DNA of 64,000 nucleotides from Lachnospiraceae bacterium. Lineage in GTDB: Bacteria; Bacillota_I; Bacilli_A; RFN20; CAG-826. The stretch lies in NCBI GenBank assembly GCA_963657245.1, contig CAVKLJ010000003.1:65219-129218 (forward strand), read 5' to 3'. Both the position numbers and the translations under genes were made by a program. Positions 45,268 to 54,655 of the stretch are shown here, one piece after another; position 1 is the first letter of the stretch, and every line of letters starts with the position of its first letter. The notes below the pieces were generated by a model. It was not told the origin of the DNA and searched no databases. It saw only the letters and a program-made list of their open reading frames with translations.

Positions 45268-45398
45268 TTAGTTAATTAAAGAACTAAACTAATCATGCGC
45301 CTTATGAGTTCTAGAAGTAACACAAGAGCTGATGACCACTTAAAAATATTGCTAGAACTTTTTATTACGATGCACTTATTGCACAACCTCATTATACA
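45268..45398 (-). repeat. Degenerate third copy; only the central hairpin region is retained
   Basis: 45268..45365 aligns to 44565..44660 of copy 1 (aaagaactaaactaa...gagttc.ag...gctagaact.tttttatt). It lacks the sORF and the terminal hairpin. A TGTATAAT extended -10 lies on the minus strand at 45398..45391. Confidence 0.6.
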
Positions 45399-45426
45399 TT
45401 ATCTATAAGACGCCAGATGCCCTATT

Positions 45427-48400
45427 TTAGAATAATGATAATTGTTCCATTTCATCGATATTTTTATATCCTTCAATTAGCTTTTTCAAAAACTCATAAT
45501 CTTTTGAATAGGAGTTAGGCAAACGAATCAATTGCAGACCTTTTGATTGGCATATTTCCATCTTCTTTTTATCTGATTTTATTCTTTTTGCGTCGGAAAA
45601 GTGTTCTCCACCATCGAATTCGAATGCGTACTTAGCCTTGAAAGCCCCTAACGCTCCACGTTCATATATCACTGAATCAAATTCTTGCAAAGAATTAGCG
45701 TATTCCTCACCGAATACATCTTTTAGAGGAACGTTTCTAACAACCTTTAGTTTTCTTTTTGTAGAGACTATCTGTTTTATGGTTTCGTAAAATTCATCTT
45801 CACTAAGAGAGCCATTGGATTTGCCAATTGCTAGATTTGAATAATTTGGTGGAACGACTTCGCAAGATCCGTTGCTATCACAATAACTTACTAGTTCATT
45901 CCAAACATCATCACCCGTGTCTATTTTCTTTAAGGCTTCTTTGTCAGAAAACACCACTAATTTCTTTTTTGCTCTCGAAACTGCAACATTGGCAATCTCA
46001 CCATGGTTATGAAGCCAACTTAATGCGCCCTTAGAGGAATACTTAGAGATTCCCGTCGATACGATTATCGTTTCTTTTTCATCCCCTTGAACACTATGTA
46101 TTGTTGAAGCCTTTACCCCCGTTACCCCGCTTCTTTCTAGCAATGAGTTAATTAAGTTTGCTTGATTGATAAAGGGTGTGATTATCGCACAATTATCTAA
46201 ATTAGCCTTCTTACAATACTCCACTACATTTGCTGCTTCTTGATAGTTTTGATTCCTTAAAGGAGTCTTCACGTAATTTATTGTCTTATAACACTCAACA
46301 TCACCTGATATTAAGTCTTTTTGCAAACGTAGCTTATTCTGATAGAAATATTTGTTGCTGAAATTAATGATCTTTTTACCACAACGATAATGATCTCTAA
46401 GTAAAACTCTATTACTTACTTTATCCGCTTCTTTCATCGTGGAAAGAATTGAATTTGTAAGGTAGTCATATCCATCTGAAATTTCAAATTTCTCCTTTAA
46501 ATCCTCATTCGTTTTATCATCTATGTTAACAACTGGCGTTAATTGGTCTTCATCTCCAACTAATAACAACGCCTTGCCACGAGATAAAGGCAATAAGGAA
46601 TGAGCAATATCTGCTTGGCCCGCTTCATCCATGATAATTAGATCAAAAAGAAAATCTCCACTGCCTAATCTTGCTGAAGAAATATTAGTCGTAAAAATGA
46701 TTGGAAAAACATTTGTAAGCAGTTCCATGTTTTTATCTTCGCTTATAAACGAATTGAATCTCATTCTTCTTTTTGCTTCATCGGAACAATTAATAATGTC
46801 TAATAGTTCTTCATATCTATGAGTTCTTAATCTCTTAAGCCTATTCAAAGACGAGTAATAAAGATATTTCATCGCATCTTCATCGTTTTTTAGTGAAACA
46901 AAAGAAGAAATTAATTCATCCTCGCTTATGTCTGGTAAGGCGTTTAATTCTTCTTCAAGTTTTTCTCTTTGTCTTTTAACGATGCTTGTTTTTGCGCCAA
47001 AAGAAGAAACCCTATCGAGGAAAGAAAGATTTTCTATCACTGTTTTTCTTCTTTGGAAGTTGGTTAAAGAAAGAACTGCCTCTTTGTTACTTGCAAGAAG
47101 CTTTGTTTTTAGCTTATCAAGCTCAGTATTGGATATAGCATCATCAAGATCGATATCTAACATTTCTTTCATTCTTAAAAGGCTCTCTTGAACCTTTGCG
47201 GAATTCCCTAAACGTAAATATGGGAAATCAATTTTCTTCCCTTGGTATTTGAAATCTATTTTGCTAATTATGCCTTCTAAGGGGCGATTGTTGTTTGTTG
47301 ATACCAAAACGCTTTTATCAGCAAAGTAGGCAGATAAAATCGTATTGAATATCGTTTGAGTTTTCCCTGTTCCTGGTGGACCTTGAACATAGGTTATTTT
47401 GTTCTTCAAAGAGTTATAGATTAATAAAGCTTGATCAGAATTAACTCGATCGTCAAAAAGAACTATTCCAGGTAAAGATCTTCCATTATTTGAAAGGCTA
47501 GAGTTGCCAAAGAACGCTTTAAGAGGAACATTTAGTTCTCCTTTTGCCCACTTATCTTCTATCTTATCAAAAAGAGGATTTAGATTTATCTGAACATCTC
47601 TTTGTAGGCAAAAGAAATCCGGACGGGTATTTATCTTTTCTCGGTAATATAAGTTCTCTCTTATTATCTCCACGGCATTATCAAAATCGGTCTTCAAAAG
47701 GCCTTTGAATTCAATCGCACTTAGTTCAGTATAAGCAGACAAAGAATGTTTTTTACCATCGATAAGAAAGGTTGGATTAACCTTGACTTCACCGATGATT
47801 TTCATTTTTCTATCTTCTGGGGAAAAACAAACCTTTTGATACGCGACAATGTATTTCTTATCTCCATCATCAATAGATAGTCTTGATATCGCCAGTTCAG
47901 ATTGTTTCTTTTCCCATTCCTCTAAATCTAGTTTTACGACCTTTCGAACTAGAGAATGAATTTGTGAATCGGATAAAAGGTATTCACCATTTTCTTTAAG
48001 CGATTCTACATCAATACCTTCAACCATTGAGTAATTAGAGGTAAACGGGTCTGAATCCGCATTCGAGCAGCATTCAAGATAACGAAGAATATTGTTGCTA
48101 AAGTTTTCATACTTGAGCCAACTATATTCTTCAATATTTGAGTTGATCTTTTTGTTCAACTCTTCGTTATATCTGCCAGTTGTAAAATTAATGACTTTTG
48201 CTTCTTTGATCTTGTTAAATGAAAGATTGCATTCGATAACATCAATTCCCTTAAAATCATTAAAAGCAAGTGCCCTTAAAATTTGTTTCTTTGGATTGAT
48301 ATCTTTGATGAAACACCAAAATGATGTATCTCTTTTTTCTTTAGATGAATCATAGACAACAGAAAGCCATTTGCCTTCTTTTATCGAAAGAGATATTTCT

Positions 48401-48429
48401 TTAGCAATGGTGTTTTGATTCATATCCAA
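45427..48429 (-). CDS. SF1 (Upf1/DNA2-like, AAA_11/AAA_12) helicase with C-terminal DUF559/Vsr-like endonuclease-fold domain
   Basis: 1000 aa. Helicase motifs are GPPGTGKT, IIMDEAGQA, VGDEDQL, TIHSVQGDEKETIIVS and NVAVSRAKKKLVVF. The C-terminus has YAFEFDGGEHF...D..K...C...GLQLIRLP. The N-terminal ~330 aa is unassigned (possibly WYL/SH3-like at residues 10-60, weak). Confidence 0.75.
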   Translation of the reverse strand: MDMNQNTIAKEISLSIKEGKWLSVVYDSSKEKRDTSFWCFIKDINPKKQILRALAFNDFKGIDVIECNLSFNKIKEAKVINFTTGRYNEELNKKINSNIEEYSWLKYENFSNNILRYLECCSNADSDPFTSNYSMVEGIDVESLKENGEYLLSDSQIHSLVRKVVKLDLEEWEKKQSELAISRLSIDDGDKKYIVAYQKVCFSPEDRKMKIIGEVKVNPTFLIDGKKHSLSAYTELSAIEFKGLLKTDFDNAVEIIRENLYYREKINTRPDFFCLQRDVQINLNPLFDKIEDKWAKGELNVPLKAFFGNSSLSNNGRSLPGIVLFDDRVNSDQALLIYNSLKNKITYVQGPPGTGKTQTIFNTILSAYFADKSVLVSTNNNRPLEGIISKIDFKYQGKKIDFPYLRLGNSAKVQESLLRMKEMLDIDLDDAISNTELDKLKTKLLASNKEAVLSLTNFQRRKTVIENLSFLDRVSSFGAKTSIVKRQREKLEEELNALPDISEDELISSFVSLKNDEDAMKYLYYSSLNRLKRLRTHRYEELLDIINCSDEAKRRMRFNSFISEDKNMELLTNVFPIIFTTNISSARLGSGDFLFDLIIMDEAGQADIAHSLLPLSRGKALLLVGDEDQLTPVVNIDDKTNEDLKEKFEISDGYDYLTNSILSTMKEADKVSNRVLLRDHYRCGKKIINFSNKYFYQNKLRLQKDLISGDVECYKTINYVKTPLRNQNYQEAANVVEYCKKANLDNCAIITPFINQANLINSLLERSGVTGVKASTIHSVQGDEKETIIVSTGISKYSSKGALSWLHNHGEIANVAVSRAKKKLVVFSDKEALKKIDTGDDVWNELVSYCDSNGSCEVVPPNYSNLAIGKSNGSLSEDEFYETIKQIVSTKRKLKVVRNVPLKDVFGEEYANSLQEFDSVIYERGALGAFKAKYAFEFDGGEHFSDAKRIKSDKKKMEICQSKGLQLIRLPNSYSKDYEFLKKLIEGYKNIDEMEQLSLF

Positions 48430-48451
48430 GAACTATTTTAGGATATTTCTA

Positions 48452-49198
48452 TCAGGAAACAAAACTAGTGATGTATTCTACGATTTCTTTTCTTTGTTCC
48501 TTAACCGTGATCTTAGGCTCTCCATCACCACTTTGAATACCGTAGTCACCAAAATAGGAATGTATTCCGCCTTCAATAGTTTTTTCTACAAGATTTGGTA
48601 AGTTCTTTTTGTTTGATTCGTATTTATCTTTTTTGAGAACCTTATCATTGCTTGCAAGCAAGGAAAGAGTTTTCAAATCTTTGTTACTAGTTAGATCCTC
48701 TGTCGAATATGCAGCAAAAAGAATAACTCCTTTATAATCTGTTAGATGCTTACTTACATATGAGCACGCCATCGCTCCACCAAGAGAATGTCCACCAATA
48801 TACCAATTAGAGATATTAGGATATAGATTTTGTTTGTTATCAGCACCGTTCATATTAAAGACAGCAAGATTGAATGGCATCTTAACTAAAACCGATGTGA
48901 TTCCAACTTCGCTAGAAAGTTCGCTTAATATTGGCGCATAGGCTTTATATTCAACCTTTCCACCAGGATAAAAGATAAAGCCAACATTCTTATCGTTCTT
49001 CTTTGGTGAAAAACTAACGTAAGAATTAGTATCCTCGACTTTAACTGTTTCAGAGTCCTTAAGATATTCCAACGCTTCATTTGTCGCATGGTTATAGATT
49101 CCAACATATATAAAGAAAGCGCAAACGCAGGCAATTAAAAAACCTCCGATTGAACTGAAAACGATAATCAATTTCTTACGGTGTTTTTTCTTTTCCAT
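48452..49198 (-). CDS. Membrane-anchored alpha/beta hydrolase
   Basis: 248 aa with an N-terminal TM helix and the nucleophile elbow GGHSLGG. Confidence 0.65.
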   Translation of the reverse strand: MEKKKHRKKLIIVFSSIGGFLIACVCAFFIYVGIYNHATNEALEYLKDSETVKVEDTNSYVSFSPKKNDKNVGFIFYPGGKVEYKAYAPILSELSSEVGITSVLVKMPFNLAVFNMNGADNKQNLYPNISNWYIGGHSLGGAMACSYVSKHLTDYKGVILFAAYSTEDLTSNKDLKTLSLLASNDKVLKKDKYESNKKNLPNLVEKTIEGGIHSYFGDYGIQSGDGEPKITVKEQRKEIVEYITSFVS

Positions 49199-49362
49199 AA
49201 CAAATATCCTCCCCTAAGTTTTATTTATTTGAACACGCCCAAGATAAAATAATAACATTTGTTTCTAAAGATATATAGTAGAAAGCGCTTTAGATAAAAA
49301 TAGATAGTTTTTGACTTGCTAAGGGTATAAAGTAACCGAAATATTTTCTAAAAGGAGTTCAA

Positions 49363-50496
49363 ATGAAATTAGAAAACATCAAATTAGGACTTACCTATGA
49401 TGACTTGCTCCTCATCCCGCAAGAATCGAGTGTCGTACCAAACGAAGTTAAACTCGAGACATGCTTAACAAAGAAAATCAAACTCAACATCCCTCTCCTC
49501 TCTGCGGCCATGGATACCGTCAGTGAGCACGAAATGGCCATAGCCTTAGCTAGATTAGGCGGAATATCTATTATCCATAAGAACTTAAACATCGAAAAAC
49601 AAGCAAATGAAGTAAAACTAGTAAAAGAAGCCTCATACGAAGGATATCCAAATGCCGCTTTAGATGAAAACGGAAAATTACTTGTTGGGGCAGCAATTGG
49701 AGCTAACGATGAGGCGGTAGAACGTGCGAGTAAGTTACTTGAAGCCGGAGCTAACGTCTTAGTTCTTGATTCAGCACACGGACATTCGAAAAATGTTATC
49801 GAAACAACAAAGAAAATCAAAAAATCATTTGCAAATGTCCAGTTAATTGTCGGAAACATCGTTACTAAAGAAGCGGCAAAAGATCTTATTGAAGCAGGCG
49901 CTGATGCCGTGAAAGTAGGTATAGGACCTGGATCAATATGTACCACTCGTATTGTCGCTGGAGTTGGATATCCTCAAGCAAGCGCCGTTGATGAGGTTGT
50001 CTCATATTGTAAGGGTAAGGGCGTTTGCGTCATTGCTGATGGTGGCATCAAATATTCTGGCGATATCGTTAAAGCGTTGGCTCTTGGAGCAGATACAGTA
50101 ATGCTTGGTTCGATGCTTGCTGGTACTCTTGAAGCGCCAGGCGAAATCATCGAAAAAGATGGCAAGAAATATAAGTCATATGTTGGAATGGGGTCGCTAG
50201 TCGCCATGAAAAGAGGCTCTGCAGATAGATATTTCCAATCAAAGGAAACAAAACAAGAAAAACTCGTTCCAGAAGGAATTGAAGGAGTCGTTTTATACAA
50301 AGGAAGTGTTGAAAATGTCGTCTATCAGCTTCTTGGTGGCTTAAGAAGCGGAATGGGCTATTGCGGTTCAAAAAATATAGCGGAACTAAAAGAAAAGGCA
50401 CGTTTCATAAGAACAACATCAAATGGTTTGAAAGAAAATCATCCACATGACGTAAGAATTATTAAAGACGCGCCAAATTATTCAGCAAAGAACTAA
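49363..50496 (+). CDS. guaB: IMP dehydrogenase lacking the CBS/Bateman subdomain
   Basis: 377 aa. It has the catalytic loop [11 protein letters not shown] and the IMPDH flap GSADRYFQ...[14 protein letters not shown]. The sequence goes directly from ...[31 protein letters not shown], so the ~115-aa CBS pair is absent. Confidence 0.85.
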   Translation: MKLENIKLGLTYDDLLLIPQESSVVPNEVKLETCLTKKIKLNIPLLSAAMDTVSEHEMAIALARLGGISIIHKNLNIEKQANEVKLVKEASYEGYPNAALDENGKLLVGAAIGANDEAVERASKLLEAGANVLVLDSAHGHSKNVIETTKKIKKSFANVQLIVGNIVTKEAAKDLIEAGADAVKVGIGPGSICTTRIVAGVGYPQASAVDEVVSYCKGKGVCVIADGGIKYSGDIVKALALGADTVMLGSMLAGTLEAPGEIIEKDGKKYKSYVGMGSLVAMKRGSADRYFQSKETKQEKLVPEGIEGVVLYKGSVENVVYQLLGGLRSGMGYCGSKNIAELKEKARFIRTTSNGLKENHPHDVRIIKDAPNYSAKN

Positions 50497-50499
50497 AGA

Positions 50500-50529
50500 A
50501 TGGGCATCAATCGATGCCCATATTTTTTA
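50500..50529 (+). terminator. Terminator of guaB; overlaps the convergent guaA stop
   Basis: ATGGGCATC-aatc-GATGCCCAT followed by ATTTTTT. Confidence 0.75.
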
Positions 50530-52062
50530 TTCTAGTTCAATAGTGCTCGGTGGTTTTGAAGTAAAGTCATAAACAACACGATTAACCCCTTTGACCTCAT
50601 TAACGATTCTGTTAGAAATGTTAGTGATTATCTCATAAGGGATATTTGCAGGTTTAGCGGTCATAAAGTCATCGGTTGTAACTGCACGAAGAACTATTGC
50701 ATAATCATAGGTTCTTCCATCTCCCATGACTCCGACAGAACGCATGTTGGATAAAGCTGCAAAATATTGATTTATCTTTTTGTCATATCCAGCATTTTTT
50801 ATTTCTTCTCTAAAAATTGCGTCCGCGTCTTGAACGATCTTAATTTTTTCTCTTGTGACTTCACCAATGATACGGATTCCAAGTCCTGGGCCAGGGAATG
50901 GCTGGCGGTAAATAAGCTCAGCCGGTAATCCTAAAAGAAGACCTAATTCTCTAACCTCGTCTTTGAACAAATCTTTTAAAGGCTCAACGATTCCTTCGAA
51001 TCCAATATCTTTTGGAAGACCACCAACGTTGTGGTGAGACTTGATTGTTTGAGAAATTCCTAAACCAGATTCAATACGGTCTGGGTAGATTGTTCCTTGA
51101 GCAAGATATTCACACGTTGGAATGTTTTCCTTGGTTTGTTTAAAGACATCGATGAAGGATTTACCGATGATTTTTCTCTTTTGCTCAGGATCAGTAACTC
51201 CAGAAAGTCTTTCTAAGAATAAATCTGATGCATCAACAGGAATAAAATTGAAAGAGAATTTTTCTTTATTACTAAAAGTGGCAATAACTTGCTTTGCTTC
51301 ATCTTTTCTTAATAAACCATGATCAACAAAGACACAGGTTAATTGAGGACCAACAGCCTTACCAATCAAGGCTGCGACAACAGAAGAATCGACTCCACCA
51401 GATAAGGCGCATATGACTTTCTTATCACCGACTTGTTGGCGAATTTCAGCAATCTTGTCATCAATAAATGATGATGGTTTCCAGGATGGAGAACAACCAC
51501 AGATATTAAGGACAAAGTTCTCTAACATCTTTTGACCATATTCGCTATGTTCGACCTCTGGATGGAACTGCGTGGCGTAAAGTTTTCTCTCTTCATTTGC
51601 AAAAGCAGCATTTTTACAATGCAGGCTGCTAGCAACACATTTGAAACCATTAGGAAGTTCCACTACTTCGTCATTATGTGACATAAAGACGTTATTGAGG
51701 CTAGGGACATCATTTGTAAGAAGACATTTATCGTGGATGGAAATTTCAATATTCCCATATTCGGTGTTTCCACGGTTTTCTACCTTCCCTCCAAGTGTGT
51801 ATGCCATAAGTTGGGCACCATAACATATTCCTAGAATCGGTTTCCCCAAGGAGAATATGTCCTTGCTGATGTGTGGGGATTTTTCATCGTAGACACTATT
51901 TGGTCCACCAGTGAAGATAATTCCCTTAACTTCTGGTGAGGAAAGAAGATCAAGTGAAGTCGTATAAGGAAGGACCTCACTATAAACATGGGTTTGTCTA
52001 ACCCTTCTGGCGATCAATTGGTTATATTGTCCGCCAAAGTCTAAAACAATTATTTTTTCCAT
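50527..52062 (-). CDS. guaA: Glutamine-hydrolysing GMP synthase
   Basis: 511 aa. It has an N-terminal GATase (GICYGAQ), the ATP-PPase motif SGGVDSSV, and a C-terminal dimerisation domain ending PPSTIELE. Confidence 0.9.
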   Translation of the reverse strand: MEKIIVLDFGGQYNQLIARRVRQTHVYSEVLPYTTSLDLLSSPEVKGIIFTGGPNSVYDEKSPHISKDIFSLGKPILGICYGAQLMAYTLGGKVENRGNTEYGNIEISIHDKCLLTNDVPSLNNVFMSHNDEVVELPNGFKCVASSLHCKNAAFANEERKLYATQFHPEVEHSEYGQKMLENFVLNICGCSPSWKPSSFIDDKIAEIRQQVGDKKVICALSGGVDSSVVAALIGKAVGPQLTCVFVDHGLLRKDEAKQVIATFSNKEKFSFNFIPVDASDLFLERLSGVTDPEQKRKIIGKSFIDVFKQTKENIPTCEYLAQGTIYPDRIESGLGISQTIKSHHNVGGLPKDIGFEGIVEPLKDLFKDEVRELGLLLGLPAELIYRQPFPGPGLGIRIIGEVTREKIKIVQDADAIFREEIKNAGYDKKINQYFAALSNMRSVGVMGDGRTYDYAIVLRAVTTDDFMTAKPANIPYEIITNISNRIVNEVKGVNRVVYDFTSKPPSTIELE

Positions 52063-52130
52063 ACTAAGTTATTTAAACACGGATAGACTTTTTAAGCATT
52101 CTTTTCTTTTATGAAACCAGTTACTTTGTC

Positions 52131-52172
52131 TAAAAAAGAAAAGAGCCAGTAAGTTACTTTCTTATTGGCTCT
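52131..52172 (-). terminator. Terminator of the ABC operon
   Basis: AGAGCCA-N17-TGGCTCT followed by TTTCTTTTTT on the minus strand. Confidence 0.6.
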
Positions 52173-52182
52173 TAACGTTTTA

Positions 52183-54654
52183 TTAAAGAGGTAAATCTTT
52201 CTTCTTGAAGTCGAATCCGCCAACGATGTAGGTTACAAAGGCAATGATCAACAAGAACATGAGTTTGAACCAGTATGTTTCATAATCTTGATTCATAACC
52301 GCTAAGGCATCGAAGAGAGAATCGATTGTCATGTAGTTGAATATCGACATCATATTGATACGAATTGTTCCTGGGATTGCTTTGGTGGCGAATAAGCCAA
52401 GGATTGAGCAAATGAAGAAGAAGATTGTAAGTCCTCCACCAACGCCAATGGATTCGCTTGTCTTGTTGAAGTGACAAGAAGTTAAGAAGTTGATTCCTGA
52501 GACGGCAAGCGCGACCATGAAGTTACCAAGGGCATAGAGGCAAAGGTCAACAACAGGTAAGGACGTTGACAAATCAGTTGAACCAGCCATGATGCCAACT
52601 TGTCTAGTAACGATGCTAGCAAGAAGTAATGACGCAGCCATAATAACTTCAGAGAAAACCAAATAGCAGCCTTGAGTGAAGATGAAGGAGTTTCTTGTTG
52701 TTGGAGTAGAAAGGGTAAAGGCAAGGGAACCTGTTTCGACTTTTTCGGCAACAAGGCTCTTAGAAAGAAGGATTGTGTAAACCATTGGAATAAGGAGGGC
52801 GGCCATACCGAAGGCAACAACGCCAACGATAATTCCATAAGTGTTCATATCGCCCATTTCCTTAAGAGATTCGTCAACGCTTGTAGGTAATTGAGCCATA
52901 ACGCCTTGGCTACCTTTGTTCATGGCAAGGAGGTTGCAATCGGTTGTTGAATAGCCTTTTTTAGCAAATTCTTCGTAATATGTTTCATAGGAGGAAATAC
53001 CACTTGCTGCATATCCTCTAACCAACGTCATCATTTCTGATCCAGACATTGAGGAGTTTTCAACGGTGATTTCTTCAATGCTAGAGATCTTAGGATCGTT
53101 CTTTTCGTTATATGAGCTAATTAATGTCGCTTTAGCCATTTCAGAAACTTCGTTAACGGCCAATGAAGCAATGTTATCTGTATTGACGTTTGTTCCATCG
53201 AAATAAGCATTCTTTCCATCTTCTCTTGTGAGATATGTATTCATGAAGTTGCTTAAGTTGAGAGAAATCGTTACAAGATTTTCTTTAGCCTCTTCTTTAG
53301 CTGCCTCTATTTCTTCATCAGTATATGGCTCGCCAGTGAGAACTTCCTTTCTCATCTTTTGAAGCATATTAGATGTCTTTCCCATCTTTTCGGATTCTTT
53401 GATGTAGACATCAGGATTGTAGGTTGTAACAGCAATTTCTTCTTTGATTTCGTTACCGTTTTCAGCATATCTTCCTGTGCCAACGAGCCTTACTGGATAG
53501 CCAAGGTCGTTGGTCTTATATTCAACTGTGAAATCTGGAAGATATTGATAATAAGCAAAGGAAGCAAGGGTTTCCATGACTACTTCTTGGCAAGCAGTAG
53601 AAACATAGGATTCTCTGATTCCATCATCATTGATATAAGCTGATTTATCAGCGTTGTATTTTTCTTCCAAACCATTGCAGATATTTCCAATGATTTCGCT
53701 ATTTTCTCCAGCCAAAACAGGAAGAAGTTTTAAGGAAGAATCAACTTTGACTTCTTTGATGTCTTCTGAAGAATCATAGACGCGAGTTATTGCTTCGCTA
53801 AAGAGAGAAGAGGTTGTTTCTTTTTGTGTTTCGTCTAAGTTATATGTCGTAACAACAGCATCGGTGAAGGCACTAGGTATTGCAACCTTTAAGATTTCTT
53901 TGGTCGTCTTGCTTGTGTCGTTTCCATAGATGTCGAAGTAGTAAGAGATGATGCTCTTAGCGACTTTCTTTTCGTCATCTGTGTATGTTGAAGAGTTATC
54001 GATTGTGGTGTTAACAACTGCCATTGTGGCGGATTTTGCCGTGGATTTTTTAGTTTCTGCGTCACCTTGTGTTGCAGCATATGTTAAATCATAAAGTCTT
54101 TTTGCTGTAGAGATGGAGCTATTTAAAGTGCTATCTTCAACCTTCTCTACTTCTTGTGCAAATAAGTTTTGAGCTTGATCATCTGCGGCAATAAACGATT
54201 CATATGTTTCTGCCGTGTTATCGTAGGCGGAATAAAGAGAGATTGCTCCACTCTTAACGGTATTTTCATAATCAGCATTGCTGAATAAATCAGCTAAAGC
54301 CGTTGCAGTTGAGTTGATATGCAAAGTTGAAAGAATGGAAATGATAATGACCATGATAATAGCATTACCAATCGAGACAACACTCAATCCTAAACGATTT
54401 GAGTGAAGAGACTCTTTGAATAAGGCAGAAGAGAATAAATGATTCTTTTTAGCTCTCTTTTTACCTTTGCCATTCTTTAATTCTGGAGCAGAGGCCATCA
54501 CGACATCTTCTTTAGGATCCACCGTAACTTTTTCTGTTACAGTTTCTTCTTTGGCTTCCTCTACTTTTTTGGCTTTCTTCTTTGTTGCTTTAACTTCTTT
54601 TACGTCTTTCTTTTCTTCAGCAACTTTTTCTTCTTTGTTAATTTTCTTTTTCAT
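52183..54654 (-). CDS. Large ABC-2-type permease with K/E-rich N-terminal tail and ~500-aa extracytoplasmic domain
   Basis: 823 aa. The layout is a Lys-rich first ~75 aa, one TM helix, a long soluble region, then about 5 C-terminal TM helices. It directly follows two ABC ATPase genes. Confidence 0.6.
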   Translation of the reverse strand: MKKKINKEEKVAEEKKDVKEVKATKKKAKKVEEAKEETVTEKVTVDPKEDVVMASAPELKNGKGKKRAKKNHLFSSALFKESLHSNRLGLSVVSIGNAIIMVIIISILSTLHINSTATALADLFSNADYENTVKSGAISLYSAYDNTAETYESFIAADDQAQNLFAQEVEKVEDSTLNSSISTAKRLYDLTYAATQGDAETKKSTAKSATMAVVNTTIDNSSTYTDDEKKVAKSIISYYFDIYGNDTSKTTKEILKVAIPSAFTDAVVTTYNLDETQKETTSSLFSEAITRVYDSSEDIKEVKVDSSLKLLPVLAGENSEIIGNICNGLEEKYNADKSAYINDDGIRESYVSTACQEVVMETLASFAYYQYLPDFTVEYKTNDLGYPVRLVGTGRYAENGNEIKEEIAVTTYNPDVYIKESEKMGKTSNMLQKMRKEVLTGEPYTDEEIEAAKEEAKENLVTISLNLSNFMNTYLTREDGKNAYFDGTNVNTDNIASLAVNEVSEMAKATLISSYNEKNDPKISSIEEITVENSSMSGSEMMTLVRGYAASGISSYETYYEEFAKKGYSTTDCNLLAMNKGSQGVMAQLPTSVDESLKEMGDMNTYGIIVGVVAFGMAALLIPMVYTILLSKSLVAEKVETGSLAFTLSTPTTRNSFIFTQGCYLVFSEVIMAASLLLASIVTRQVGIMAGSTDLSTSLPVVDLCLYALGNFMVALAVSGINFLTSCHFNKTSESIGVGGGLTIFFFICSILGLFATKAIPGTIRINMMSIFNYMTIDSLFDALAVMNQDYETYWFKLMFLLIIAFVTYIVGGFDFKKKDLPL

Positions 54655-54655
54655 C

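Noticed and set aside
45307-45320. TTCTAGAAGT inside decayed RNA copy 3 is identical to the word of AlbA_2 paralog 2.
   Set aside because: It is a single occurrence created by drift of the GAGTTC(C/T)AGC stem sequence. The intact copies read CCAGCAAG and CTAGCAGT at the same place. This is most likely coincidence.
49199-49362. A purine/guanine riboswitch or other leader upstream of guaB, and upstream of guaA at 52063-52140.
   Set aside because: I could not find the conserved purine-riboswitch junction sequences (the TATA...TATGG...GTTTCTACC...CCGTAAA...GACTA pattern) or any convincing three-way junction.
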